From the IMG/VR virus record IMGVR_UViG_3300043764_000100, positions 1-39,057 of that record: DNA of 39,057 nucleotides; one strand, 5' to 3'. The translations under genes were made by a program, and so were the position numbers. The DNA comes from a virus (taxonomy: Duplodnaviria; Caudoviricetes). Positions within the stretch are counted from its first letter, which is position 1, and each line of letters starts with the position of its first letter. Positions 31,852-39,057 of this stretch are shown piece after piece. The notes beneath the pieces are model-generated. The model was not told the origin of the DNA, did no database searches, and saw nothing but the letters and a program-made list of their open reading frames with translations.

Positions 31852-34707
31852 GTGGCTACCAACCCGTACTGGCCCTTGCTGCAGTACAGCTGGGGCGCCT
31901 ACTGGAATGTCAACGGCGCCGCGGTCCCGTCCGAAGCACTCACCGATCTCACGTCCAGAAGCCGCGGCCGGGTCGCTATTCGACGCGGCCGGCAGTATGA
32001 GCTGGACCAAATCAGGTCCGGCACCGTAGACCTGACCGTCGTCAACACGGACGGTTCGCTGGATCCAACGAACGCTTCCGGCCCCTGGTATGGCCACATA
32101 GCGCCCTACCAGCCGCTCCGCATGCGCGCCCAGTGGCCGCCGACCGTCAACTTGCTGACCCAGGTGCAGGCCACCGGCGGAGACCTCGGCGGGTACGCAC
32201 TCGGCCCAGCTGGACCCCAGTACGGCATCGGTATCTACTCGGACACCGACGGTACCAACGGCCAGATCGTCGCGTCAGGCACCGCTTGGCAGGGCAGCCG
32301 GGTCTTCCAGTTCGCCGTGCCGAGCGGCAGCGCCGCCGCGGCCCGGGTGCTCTTCACCCAGATGACGAGCGTTGAGCGCTCGGTCACGTACACGGTTCAG
32401 ATGCAGGTCCGGAACGTCGCCTCCTCGACCACCGTGCAGGTCGCACCGTTCCTCACCCGCGTCACGGCGGCGAAGGTCGCTACCAAGGTCACAGGCACGC
32501 CGGTAGCCCTGGTTGGATCGCCGACAGCTGCATGGACTCAGGTCACGCTCACCGTCACCCTCGATCCGAACACCGCCTGGGCCTATTTCGGTCTCGCCCT
32601 CACTGCGGCGGCATCTGCCACGGCGAGCGTGCAGGTCGACGGTTGGCAGTTCGAGCGGAGTGCCACCGCGTCTGCCTGGACGGCCCCGAACCCCTGGTAC
32701 CCGCTGTACGCCGGGTACGTGGAGCGGTGGCCGTCCTCCTGGTCGATGAACGGCACGTACGGCACCGTTCAGACCACCTCGGTGGACGCCATCTCCCTCC
32801 TCAGTCAGCAGATCCTGCGGGACCCGCTGACGGAGGAGATCGACGCCCGAAAGCCCCGGTTCCTGTACACCCTTGCGGATCCTCAGGGTTCCCAGTCGTG
32901 CACGGACTCGATCGGTGCCTATCCGCCGGCGCCGCTTGGTGCTTCGAAGTCGGGCCCGGGGAGTCTGGTCTTCGGCAGCCAGATCACGTCGGTGAGTCCG
33001 GGTGGCACGTACATCGGCGGCACCGGCACGGTGGCCACGGTCGCCAACCCGGGGGCGGGGACAATCAACTACAACCCGGCGACGTTCATCAGCTTGGACC
33101 AGGCGGGCATCCGGGGTCCCGCCAACCCGGCCGAGTGGACCCGCATGATCGCGTTCCGGTACACCGGGCCGCTTCCCGCAGACCACGCCACCATCTGGTG
33201 CTCCACCGACAGTCAGCGGTCTGGCCACAACCCGGCGGGGTCGCAGATCACTGTCGCGCTGAACTCATCGGGACAGCCGGGCCTCTACCTCTCGGGGCCG
33301 AACGGGGCTGCGACCAACTACGGCGCGGGCGGCGCGACGAACTGCGCCGACGGCAACTGGCACTTGTTGATGTTCAGCTACTCCCAATCCGGGGGCTCCG
33401 TCATGATCTCCCAGGACGGCGCCACTAGTGCCTACTACTTCGGTGTCCCTGCGACCATCACCCCGAGCGGACTGCAGTTCGACTCCGTCGGGGGCTGGGT
33501 CGACCCTGTCTACGGCAACGAGACCCTCTGGAACTTCCAGGGCGACATCAGCTATGCCTGCGAGTGGCCGTTCCAGTTCGGTGGCAGCGACATCCCGTCC
33601 GTGTACACGGCTTGGAAGAACTCGTTCACGGGAGACTCCTCGGACGCCCGCTATCAGCGGATCCTCGGCTGGGCCGGATACACCGGACCGACCGTCATCC
33701 AGTCGGGGTTGACTCGCAGCATGGGCCCCGCCGCCGTGGGCGGCCAGGACGTCATGACCGCATTGCAGGCGGTCGTCGACACCGAGAACGGCGAGCACTT
33801 CGTGGCAGCCGACGCGACCGTGACCTTCAGGGCCCGGAGCGCTCGGTACAACGCCACCACGCCTTCGGTCGTGTTCGGTGAGCGGGTCGACCTGGGAGAG
33901 ATCCCCTACGAGGACTGCCAACTCGACTACGACCCCACGCCGCTGGCTAACATCGTCAAGGTCACGCAGGCGAGTAGCAATCAGATCTTCACTGGGTCGG
34001 ACACGGCCTCGCAGACCAGCTACTTTCCCCGGTCCCTGACCCGCACCGTCAACGCGACTAGCGCGCAGGAGTGCCAGGACGCCGCGAACTACCTGATTAG
34101 TCGGCACCGGCAGCCGGCAGTCAGGGTCGCGGCACTCAAGGTGCACGTGAGCGCCAACCCGGCCATGTGGGGGCCCTGCCTCGGCCTCGAACTGGGCACT
34201 CGGGTGCGGGTTATGCGGCGGCCGCCCGCGCCGGCGGCCGCGGCCCAGATCGAGTGCTTCGTCGAGTCACTCAACTGGGAGTTCGGCGACAACGGAGACG
34301 CCTACCTCACCCTGCAGTGCAGCCCCGCCGACCTGACGCCGTACGGGCTGTTCGCCAGCTTCCACACCACTTTGAACGGGTCCCCGGCCGCCGGGTCCAC
34401 CACGATCACCATCAACGCCGGCGCGGACAACACCAACGCGGCCGCAGCCCAGATCGGCCAGGGCCAACAGTTCGTCCTCGGACTCGGAACCGCCAATCAG
34501 GAGACGGTCACCGTCCAGTCCGTTGGCGCCACCAGTGCCGGGTGGACCACAGCGATCATCACCCTCACCTCGGCCACCACCAAGGCCCACACCGCCGGCG
34601 ACACGGTCTGCGAGCCGCTGCCGACCGGCGTGACCGACCCGACGACCTGGGACTCGGTGTCGAAGGTCGGCACGGGCGCCACTGACTCCGTCGCTTTCGC
34701 CTACTGA
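31852..34707 (+). CDS. Tail-tip hub (Tal-like) protein with nested CBM-like and LamG-like domains (951 aa)
   Basis: AGGAGG RBS; IRRGRQYELD..GT.DLT..N.DG..DP, NLL...QVDGWQFE, DGNWH (LamG), ALQAVVDTENG..F, LELG.RV.V, FVES..W. Confidence 0.85.
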   Translation: MATNPYWPLLQYSWGAYWNVNGAAVPSEALTDLTSRSRGRVAIRRGRQYELDQIRSGTVDLTVVNTDGSLDPTNASGPWYGHIAPYQPLRMRAQWPPTVNLLTQVQATGGDLGGYALGPAGPQYGIGIYSDTDGTNGQIVASGTAWQGSRVFQFAVPSGSAAAARVLFTQMTSVERSVTYTVQMQVRNVASSTTVQVAPFLTRVTAAKVATKVTGTPVALVGSPTAAWTQVTLTVTLDPNTAWAYFGLALTAAASATASVQVDGWQFERSATASAWTAPNPWYPLYAGYVERWPSSWSMNGTYGTVQTTSVDAISLLSQQILRDPLTEEIDARKPRFLYTLADPQGSQSCTDSIGAYPPAPLGASKSGPGSLVFGSQITSVSPGGTYIGGTGTVATVANPGAGTINYNPATFISLDQAGIRGPANPAEWTRMIAFRYTGPLPADHATIWCSTDSQRSGHNPAGSQITVALNSSGQPGLYLSGPNGAATNYGAGGATNCADGNWHLLMFSYSQSGGSVMISQDGATSAYYFGVPATITPSGLQFDSVGGWVDPVYGNETLWNFQGDISYACEWPFQFGGSDIPSVYTAWKNSFTGDSSDARYQRILGWAGYTGPTVIQSGLTRSMGPAAVGGQDVMTALQAVVDTENGEHFVAADATVTFRARSARYNATTPSVVFGERVDLGEIPYEDCQLDYDPTPLANIVKVTQASSNQIFTGSDTASQTSYFPRSLTRTVNATSAQECQDAANYLISRHRQPAVRVAALKVHVSANPAMWGPCLGLELGTRVRVMRRPPAPAAAAQIECFVESLNWEFGDNGDAYLTLQCSPADLTPYGLFASFHTTLNGSPAAGSTTITINAGADNTNAAAAQIGQGQQFVLGLGTANQETVTVQSVGATSAGWTTAIITLTSATTKAHTAGDTVCEPLPTGVTDPTTWDSVSKVGTGATDSVAFAY

Positions 34708-34718
34708 GAGGAGGTTCT

Positions 34719-35249
34719 GTGTCCAACTTGCCTGTGCCCACGTGGGCATCGGTCGTACCCGGCGCGTTCCTAACTTCCGCGCTGTGGAACGCCAACGTGA
34801 ACAGCAACGGCACCTTTCTGACGAATCCGCCTCTCTACGCGGGTTACCAGTCCGCAGCCCAATCCGTCGCGGACAGCACACTGACCGCGATCGCGATGGG
34901 CTCGGCCGTCGTCGACTCGTACGGCGGCCACAGCAACACCACCAACAACTCCCGGTACACCGCGATGGTCCCCGGCTACTACCTGGTCATCGGCCAGGTT
35001 GGCTTCGCAGCGAACGCGGGCGGAAACCGCCTGATCGAGCTGCACAAGAACGGCGGCAGCACGCTAACGCTGGGCCAGGGTGTCAGTCCGGCCCCGGGAA
35101 CGGCCAACAACTCGGCCAACCAGGTCGGCGCCCTTGTGCTGCTGAACGCGGGCGACTACGTCGAGGCCTACACGTACCAGACCTCCGGCGCCGCGTTGAA
35201 CACGATTCCCGCGCAGACCGGCATGACCGTGCTCTGGCTGCACGCCTAG
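34719..35249 (+). CDS. Tail fibre / receptor-binding protein with a C1q/TNF-like head (176 aa)
   Basis: GAGGAGG RBS; PGAFLTSALWNA, SRYTA.VPGYYLV.GQV, LNAGDYVE...YQTSG. Confidence 0.8.
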   Translation: MSNLPVPTWASVVPGAFLTSALWNANVNSNGTFLTNPPLYAGYQSAAQSVADSTLTAIAMGSAVVDSYGGHSNTTNNSRYTAMVPGYYLVIGQVGFAANAGGNRLIELHKNGGSTLTLGQGVSPAPGTANNSANQVGALVLLNAGDYVEAYTYQTSGAALNTIPAQTGMTVLWLHA

Positions 35250-35257
35250 GAGGCCTC

Positions 35258-35704
35258 GTGACCACCGCCTGCTTCAGCACCGGGTGCCACGCCCCGGCCG
35301 TCGCCCAATGGCGCCGCCGACCGACACCGGCCGAGCTCACGGCAGTGATTGCCGAAGAGCAGCAGATGCGCCAGCGGATCACCGAACTCGCTAGCCCTGA
35401 CCAGCCTGCCCCAGTGTTCGGGCCACTGCCGACCGCGGCAACGTGCGCTCGGGCCGTGTACGGGTGTGCTGCACACGCGCTCAGCCTGGACCTGGCCGCG
35501 CGCGTCCACGCCGCGACGTGCGCGCCTGACCCGGCCAAACTGCCCGCGGCGTGTGGCTGCACGCCTGAGCCTCTGCCGTCGCCGCCGGCGCCCCAGCCCG
35601 TCACGCAACTCCCGTCGGGGTGGGTTGTCCCCACGTCGCCGGCCGCCCCGGCTGGGCCGGTACAGCCCTCGACGCCGACGGCGGGACCCGTTTCCCTCTC
35701 CTGA
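35258..35704 (+). CDS. Cys/His-containing, Pro-rich protein, possible fibre chaperone (148 aa)
   Basis: AGGAGG RBS, GTG at 35258; CxxxxC...WRRR...CxxH...HxxxC...CxC. Confidence 0.7.
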   Translation: MTTACFSTGCHAPAVAQWRRRPTPAELTAVIAEEQQMRQRITELASPDQPAPVFGPLPTAATCARAVYGCAAHALSLDLAARVHAATCAPDPAKLPAACGCTPEPLPSPPAPQPVTQLPSGWVVPTSPAAPAGPVQPSTPTAGPVSLS

Positions 35705-35713
35705 CCACCTGTT

Positions 35714-35738
35714 GCCCCGGCCGACGCCGGGGCTTTCT
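35714..35738 (+). terminator. Intrinsic terminator
   Basis: GCCCCGGC-CGAC-GCCGGGGC followed by TTTCT. Confidence 0.75.
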
Positions 35739-35755
35739 CATGCCCGGAGGACCCC

Positions 35756-36190
35756 TTGAGCACCCGCCACGGCGACGTCGCGGCTCACCAGCAGGCCGTG
35801 ACCAACCACTACACGATCGCCTTCCCGCCGCATCCCGCCCGCGCCGACGACCCGCACTACAAGGACTTCGAGCACTACCGGAGGACCCACGTCGACACGG
35901 CGATATGCCACTTTGCCGAGCGCCGGGGCGGTGACACCTCGGAGTGCGGCGGCGGTCTCGAACTTCATCACTCGCACATCGAGTTCAGCATGCAAAACGG
36001 GGCCGACCTGGCTCTCCTGGAGCACGACTATCCGGGCATCTCGAACCCGGACGAAGTCGGCGCGTGGGTCGAGTCACCGGCGAACCTCGTCTTCTACTGC
36101 GAGAAGCACCACCGCGGGCACGGGGGCGTGCATCACGCGTCGGCATCCGACTTCGAGGCGTCGACCTACGTGCGGGGGCTGATCTCCTGA
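35756..36190 (+). CDS. His/Cys-rich HNH-like protein (144 aa)
   Basis: GGAGG RBS, TTG start; C...C...LELHH...ES..NL..YCEKHHRG..GVHH (beta-beta-alpha-metal-like). Confidence 0.72.
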   Translation: MSTRHGDVAAHQQAVTNHYTIAFPPHPARADDPHYKDFEHYRRTHVDTAICHFAERRGGDTSECGGGLELHHSHIEFSMQNGADLALLEHDYPGISNPDEVGAWVESPANLVFYCEKHHRGHGGVHHASASDFEASTYVRGLIS

Positions 36191-36528
36191 TGACCGGCAT
36201 CAGCTCGTTCAACGAGCGCCTCGCCGTCTGGGCGACGAAGGCCTTCGGCTCGATGTGGACCACCTACGCCTTCTTCGCCTACGGGTTCCTGCCGATCCTC
36301 TTTCCTTCGGCGATGAACACGCTCCTGTACTGGTCCAACACCGTGCAGCTGTGGTCGCTGCCCCTGCTGATGGTCGGCACCGCCGTCCTCGGCCGCGCCG
36401 CCGTCGCCCAGGCCGCCGAGACGCACGACGCCGTCATCGAGGAACTCCAGCTGCTGCGAGCCGAACGCGACCAGCTCGCTGCGGTCGCCGCTGCCGTGAT
36501 CCCGAACCCCGCGGCGAAGGAGGCGTGA
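36190..36528 (+). CDS. DUF1003-like membrane protein (112 aa)
   Basis: TGATG coupling; FNERLAVWAT..FGSMW, NTVQLWSLPLLMVG, C-terminal coiled coil. Confidence 0.72.
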   Translation: MTGISSFNERLAVWATKAFGSMWTTYAFFAYGFLPILFPSAMNTLLYWSNTVQLWSLPLLMVGTAVLGRAAVAQAAETHDAVIEELQLLRAERDQLAAVAAAVIPNPAAKEA

Positions 36529-37226
36529 TGGGTATCTACGGCCAGGACTGGGCCAGCTATCAGGGCGCCCAGCCCAACACCTCGGGCCTCTCGTTCGCCT
36601 TCACGAAGGTCAGCGAGGGCCTCGGCTACACCAACCCCCGCTGGGTCGCCCAGCGCGACCACGCCAAGGCCAGCGGCCTCGTGTGGGGCGGCTACCACTA
36701 CCCGCACATGGCCAACTCGCCCCAGGCGGAGGCCGACTACTTCCTCTCCCAGGTCGCCTGGCAGCCCGGGGACCTCATCGTCCTCGACTGGGAGGGCTAC
36801 GACCAGGCCAACCAGGGCGTCAGCCGGGCCGCCCAGCTCGCCTACAAGGAGGCGTGGCTCCGCTACGTCAAGGGCCGGATGCCGCACAACCCGGTCGGCA
36901 TGTACTGCAACGCGGACTACTGGACCCGGGTCGACACCAGCGGCTACTTCGCCGACTTCCTGTGGATCGCCACCGCCGGCCGAGTCGCTGGCGACCCCGG
37001 GATTCAGGCCCCGTGGCTGTTCCACCAGTACAGCGACCAGCCTGTCGACTCGGACTACTGCCACCTCGGCAGCGTGGACGAGCTCCGCAGTTGGGCCCTG
37101 TCGTTCGCCAGCCCAGCACCCGCGCCGGCACCCACTACCCCGGCGCCCACCGCGCCCGCCGCCACTCCCAGCCCCGCACCCGCCCGCCGCGTACGCCCGC
37201 GGGCTTACCGAGCGATCGGAGCATGA
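36528..37226 (+). CDS. Endolysin, GH25 muramidase, ending in a Pro/Ala/Thr linker with no binding domain (232 aa)
   Basis: AAGGAGG RBS; GQDWASYQ, FTKVSEG..YTNP, GGYHY, VLDWE, LWIA, W.FHQYS...D.D. Confidence 0.92.
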   Translation: MGIYGQDWASYQGAQPNTSGLSFAFTKVSEGLGYTNPRWVAQRDHAKASGLVWGGYHYPHMANSPQAEADYFLSQVAWQPGDLIVLDWEGYDQANQGVSRAAQLAYKEAWLRYVKGRMPHNPVGMYCNADYWTRVDTSGYFADFLWIATAGRVAGDPGIQAPWLFHQYSDQPVDSDYCHLGSVDELRSWALSFASPAPAPAPTTPAPTAPAATPSPAPARRVRPRAYRAIGA

Positions 37227-37228
37227 CC

Positions 37229-37444
37229 ATGAGCAAGCCTGACGGCATCATCCTCGTTAAGGGTGACCCCCACCAGGGCCACGGCAACGAGCTGTTCGGC
37301 ATCTGGCCGTCCGGGTTCTCCCGGCAGATCACCCAGGCCGAGTGGACCGTGTGGGGCCAGCCCCAGCCGGACTACACCATCGCGTTCGGTGCCGACGACG
37401 AGTTCAACCAGCTCGCTGCCTACGACCGCGCCCTGCGCGCCTGA
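37229..37444 (+). CDS. Small protein after the endolysin, candidate cell-wall-binding subunit (71 aa; alternative ATG 37223)
   Basis: GGAG RBS; the alternative ATG overlaps the lysin stop (ATGA); beta-beta-beta-alpha pattern IILVKG..LFGIWPSGFSRQIT.AEW. Confidence 0.65.
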   Translation: MSKPDGIILVKGDPHQGHGNELFGIWPSGFSRQITQAEWTVWGQPQPDYTIAFGADDEFNQLAAYDRALRA

Positions 37445-37455
37445 AAGGGGCCACC

Positions 37456-37737
37456 ATGTCCGACTCCGCTCGCCGGACCGCCCGCACTATCCTCGCCGTC
37501 GTCCTCGCGCTCACTGCGGGCCTGCCGCTGCTGGTCCGCACGGCGGGTCTGCCGGATACGCTGCCGGGTCTCGGCACGGTCCTGGCTGTCGCGGCCACGA
37601 TCACCCGTGTCATGGCCCTCCCGGCGGTCGACGCGTGGCTACCGTCCTGGCTGAGGATGACCCCGCCGCAGGCATCGACGCCGCTCGTTTCGGTCGCTCC
37701 GGTGCCGCCCGTCCCGCCGGCCGGGAGCCGCGAGTGA
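37456..37737 (+). CDS. Holin (actinobacterial two-TM type, 93 aa)
   Basis: MSDSARRTART.L...LALTAGLP...LAVAATITRVMALP.V..WLP.WL. Confidence 0.85.
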   Translation: MSDSARRTARTILAVVLALTAGLPLLVRTAGLPDTLPGLGTVLAVAATITRVMALPAVDAWLPSWLRMTPPQASTPLVSVAPVPPVPPAGSRE

Positions 37738-38054
37738 CTAGCCCGTCGCCCCAGGATCCGCTGCGAGAACTCGCCGTCGGGCTCGCCGAGCTGCATGGGA
37801 CCATGAACACCGGCATCGCCGAGATCAAGGGCTCGCTATCCCTCCTCGTGCAGCAGGCCACCTACACCGACAAGCGACTCGGCGATCACGACACCGCGCT
37901 CGACGCGCTCAACAAGCGCACCTCCGAACTCGAACATGCCCGTGCAGCGGACGAGGAGCTCATCCAGGCCGGCCGCCGCCGGGTGCAGACCATAACGGCC
38001 CTTGCTGGGGTTGCCGCAGTCGTCGCCGCCGTCGTACCTATCATCGCCCACTGA
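37734..38054 (+). CDS. Coiled-coil protein with a C-terminal TM anchor, lysis-associated (106 aa)
   Basis: GTGA overlap; [24 protein letters not shown]...C-terminal hydrophobic tail. Confidence 0.75.
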   Translation: MTSPSPQDPLRELAVGLAELHGTMNTGIAEIKGSLSLLVQQATYTDKRLGDHDTALDALNKRTSELEHARAADEELIQAGRRRVQTITALAGVAAVVAAVVPIIAH

Positions 38055-38061
38055 ACCACCA

Positions 38062-38105
38062 CGCCCCCGCTCGCTCCCCTCCGGGAGGGCTGGCGGGGGC
38101 GCTTC
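38062..38105 (+). terminator. Terminator at the end of the late operon
   Basis: CGCCCCCGC (38062-38070) / GCGGGGGCG (38093-38101) with an inner stem, followed by CTTC. Confidence 0.7.
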
Positions 38106-38265
38106 GTCGTGGGTGCTGGCAGCTTTGGTGTCGCTCGGTCGGGACCACACCCACGGCGCTAGTGTGGATCACATCACTCGAACGGCCCATCAGGCCGGGG
38201 ACGACAACGGCCCCGGCGCGGACTCTCACATCTTCGCCAGGGCCACCACACCCCGAAAGGTGCTC

Positions 38266-39057
38266 ATGTCAGACCACCAGCCTACCCTCTATTCCTCTGA
38301 AGGTGCGGATGAGGGCAGCCCGTTCGACCAGATCCGGCGCGTGGACGACTACGGCCAGGAGTACTGGTCGGCCCGCGACCTCCAGCCGATCATGGGCTAC
38401 GACAAGTGGGACAACTTCCACAGCAGCATCGAGCGGGCCATCCGGTCCGCCGAGAACACCGGCACCTACTCTGACCAGGCTTTTTCCCGGGTCCGGGAAG
38501 AAGGTACTGGGGGCGCCCCTCGTACCGACTACCGCCTGAGCCGCCACGCGGCCTACCTCGTGGCGATGAACGGCGACCCGAACAAGCCCCAGGTCGCCGC
38601 AGCCCAGGCCTACTTCGCCACCCAGACTCGAAAGGCGGAGATCGCCACCAGCCGGCCGATGTCCGAGCTGGAGATGGCCCGCCAGTACGTGGCAGCCCTG
38701 GAACGCGAGCAGGAGCTGAAGAAGGAGCTGGAGATCGCTGCGCCGAAGGCCGGCAAGTGGGACCAGTTCCTCAATACCGACGGCCTGATCGGAATGCGGG
38801 AGATAGCCGACATGCTCGGCACTGACGTCAAGACCATGACGAACTGGCTCGTGGAGATCAACATCTTCCGCCGACAGGTCTCCGCGAACGGCGGGGGCCG
38901 GAACATGCCCCGAGCTCCCCACACCCAGTCCGGCCGCTTCGTCGTCAAGATGGAGAGCAACGGCCGCGGGGTCAGCTACCCCGTGGTGTACGCGACGGCC
39001 CAGGGCCTGGACCTGATAGACGACCTGTGGCGTCAGCGGGAGATCCGCCTGGCGTAG
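38266..39057 (+). CDS. Phage antirepressor (Bro-N/DinD-like N-terminus plus ANT/KilAC C-terminus, 263 aa)
   Basis: GAAAGG RBS; [71 protein letters not shown]. Confidence 0.9.
   Translation: MSDHQPTLYSSEGADEGSPFDQIRRVDDYGQEYWSARDLQPIMGYDKWDNFHSSIERAIRSAENTGTYSDQAFSRVREEGTGGAPRTDYRLSRHAAYLVAMNGDPNKPQVAAAQAYFATQTRKAEIATSRPMSELEMARQYVAALEREQELKKELEIAAPKAGKWDQFLNTDGLIGMREIADMLGTDVKTMTNWLVEINIFRRQVSANGGGRNMPRAPHTQSGRFVVKMESNGRGVSYPVVYATAQGLDLIDDLWRQREIRLA

Larger units (their letters stand above)
1..39057 (+). mobile_element. Temperate siphovirus-like prophage/phage segment of a high-GC actinomycete (replication to lysis to antirepressor)
   Basis: Gene order rep-DnaC-MTase...terS-terL-portal-MuF-protease/scaffold-MCP-head/tail-tube-TAC-TMP-hub-fibre-lysin-holin; no sheath gene; tightly coupled ATGA/TGATG overlaps. 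Integrase and att sites are not in the window. Confidence 0.95.

Noticed and set aside
31852-35249. Diversity-generating retroelement or invertible tail-fibre system
   Set aside because: No reverse transcriptase, invertase or template/variable repeat pair is visible.
38178-38193. Actinobacterial SOS box upstream of the antirepressor
   Set aside because: Only the TCGAAC half-site is present; the GTTCGA half is missing.
216-38960. Many long minus-strand and alternative-frame ORFs (for example 4700-6412, 17939-20251, 21146-23104, 25408-27918)
   Set aside because: Shadow ORFs expected in high-GC DNA; they overlap well-supported + strand genes and have no motifs or RBS. Only the last 95 codons of 9164-10744(-) look like a real gene.

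Overview
High-GC actinomycete (Streptomycetaceae-like) siphovirus-type prophage/phage segment, almost entirely on the + strand. From left to right: the end of an early/replication module (partial ORF, DGQHR/ParB-like protein, replication initiator carrying internal iteron-like repeats, DnaC/IstB-like loader, many small ORFs, and a C5 cytosine methyltransferase that lacks motif VIII); a ~5.8 kb self-contained accessory cassette (about 9034-14851) with a divergent leaderless HTH regulator, tandem operators and several Spd/DUF2637-like membrane proteins whose genes carry helically phased DNA repeats; a late promoter and terminator; the packaging and head module (TerS, TerL, portal, MuF, protease-DUF6582-scaffold, SU10-like major capsid with an inserted FN3-like domain); a head-tail module containing a stand-alone, acid-free NUMOD3-like repeat protein; the tail (tube, chaperones, HK97-gp10-like, tape measure, fused hub-CBM-LamG protein, C1q-like fibre); a lysis region (HNH-like, DUF1003-like, GH25 endolysin with a separate small ORF, holin, TM/coiled-coil protein); and a Bro-N/KilAC antirepressor. 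No integrase, att site, immunity repressor, tRNA, rRNA or CRISPR array is recognisable here. All family assignments come from motif recognition by eye, not from database searches.
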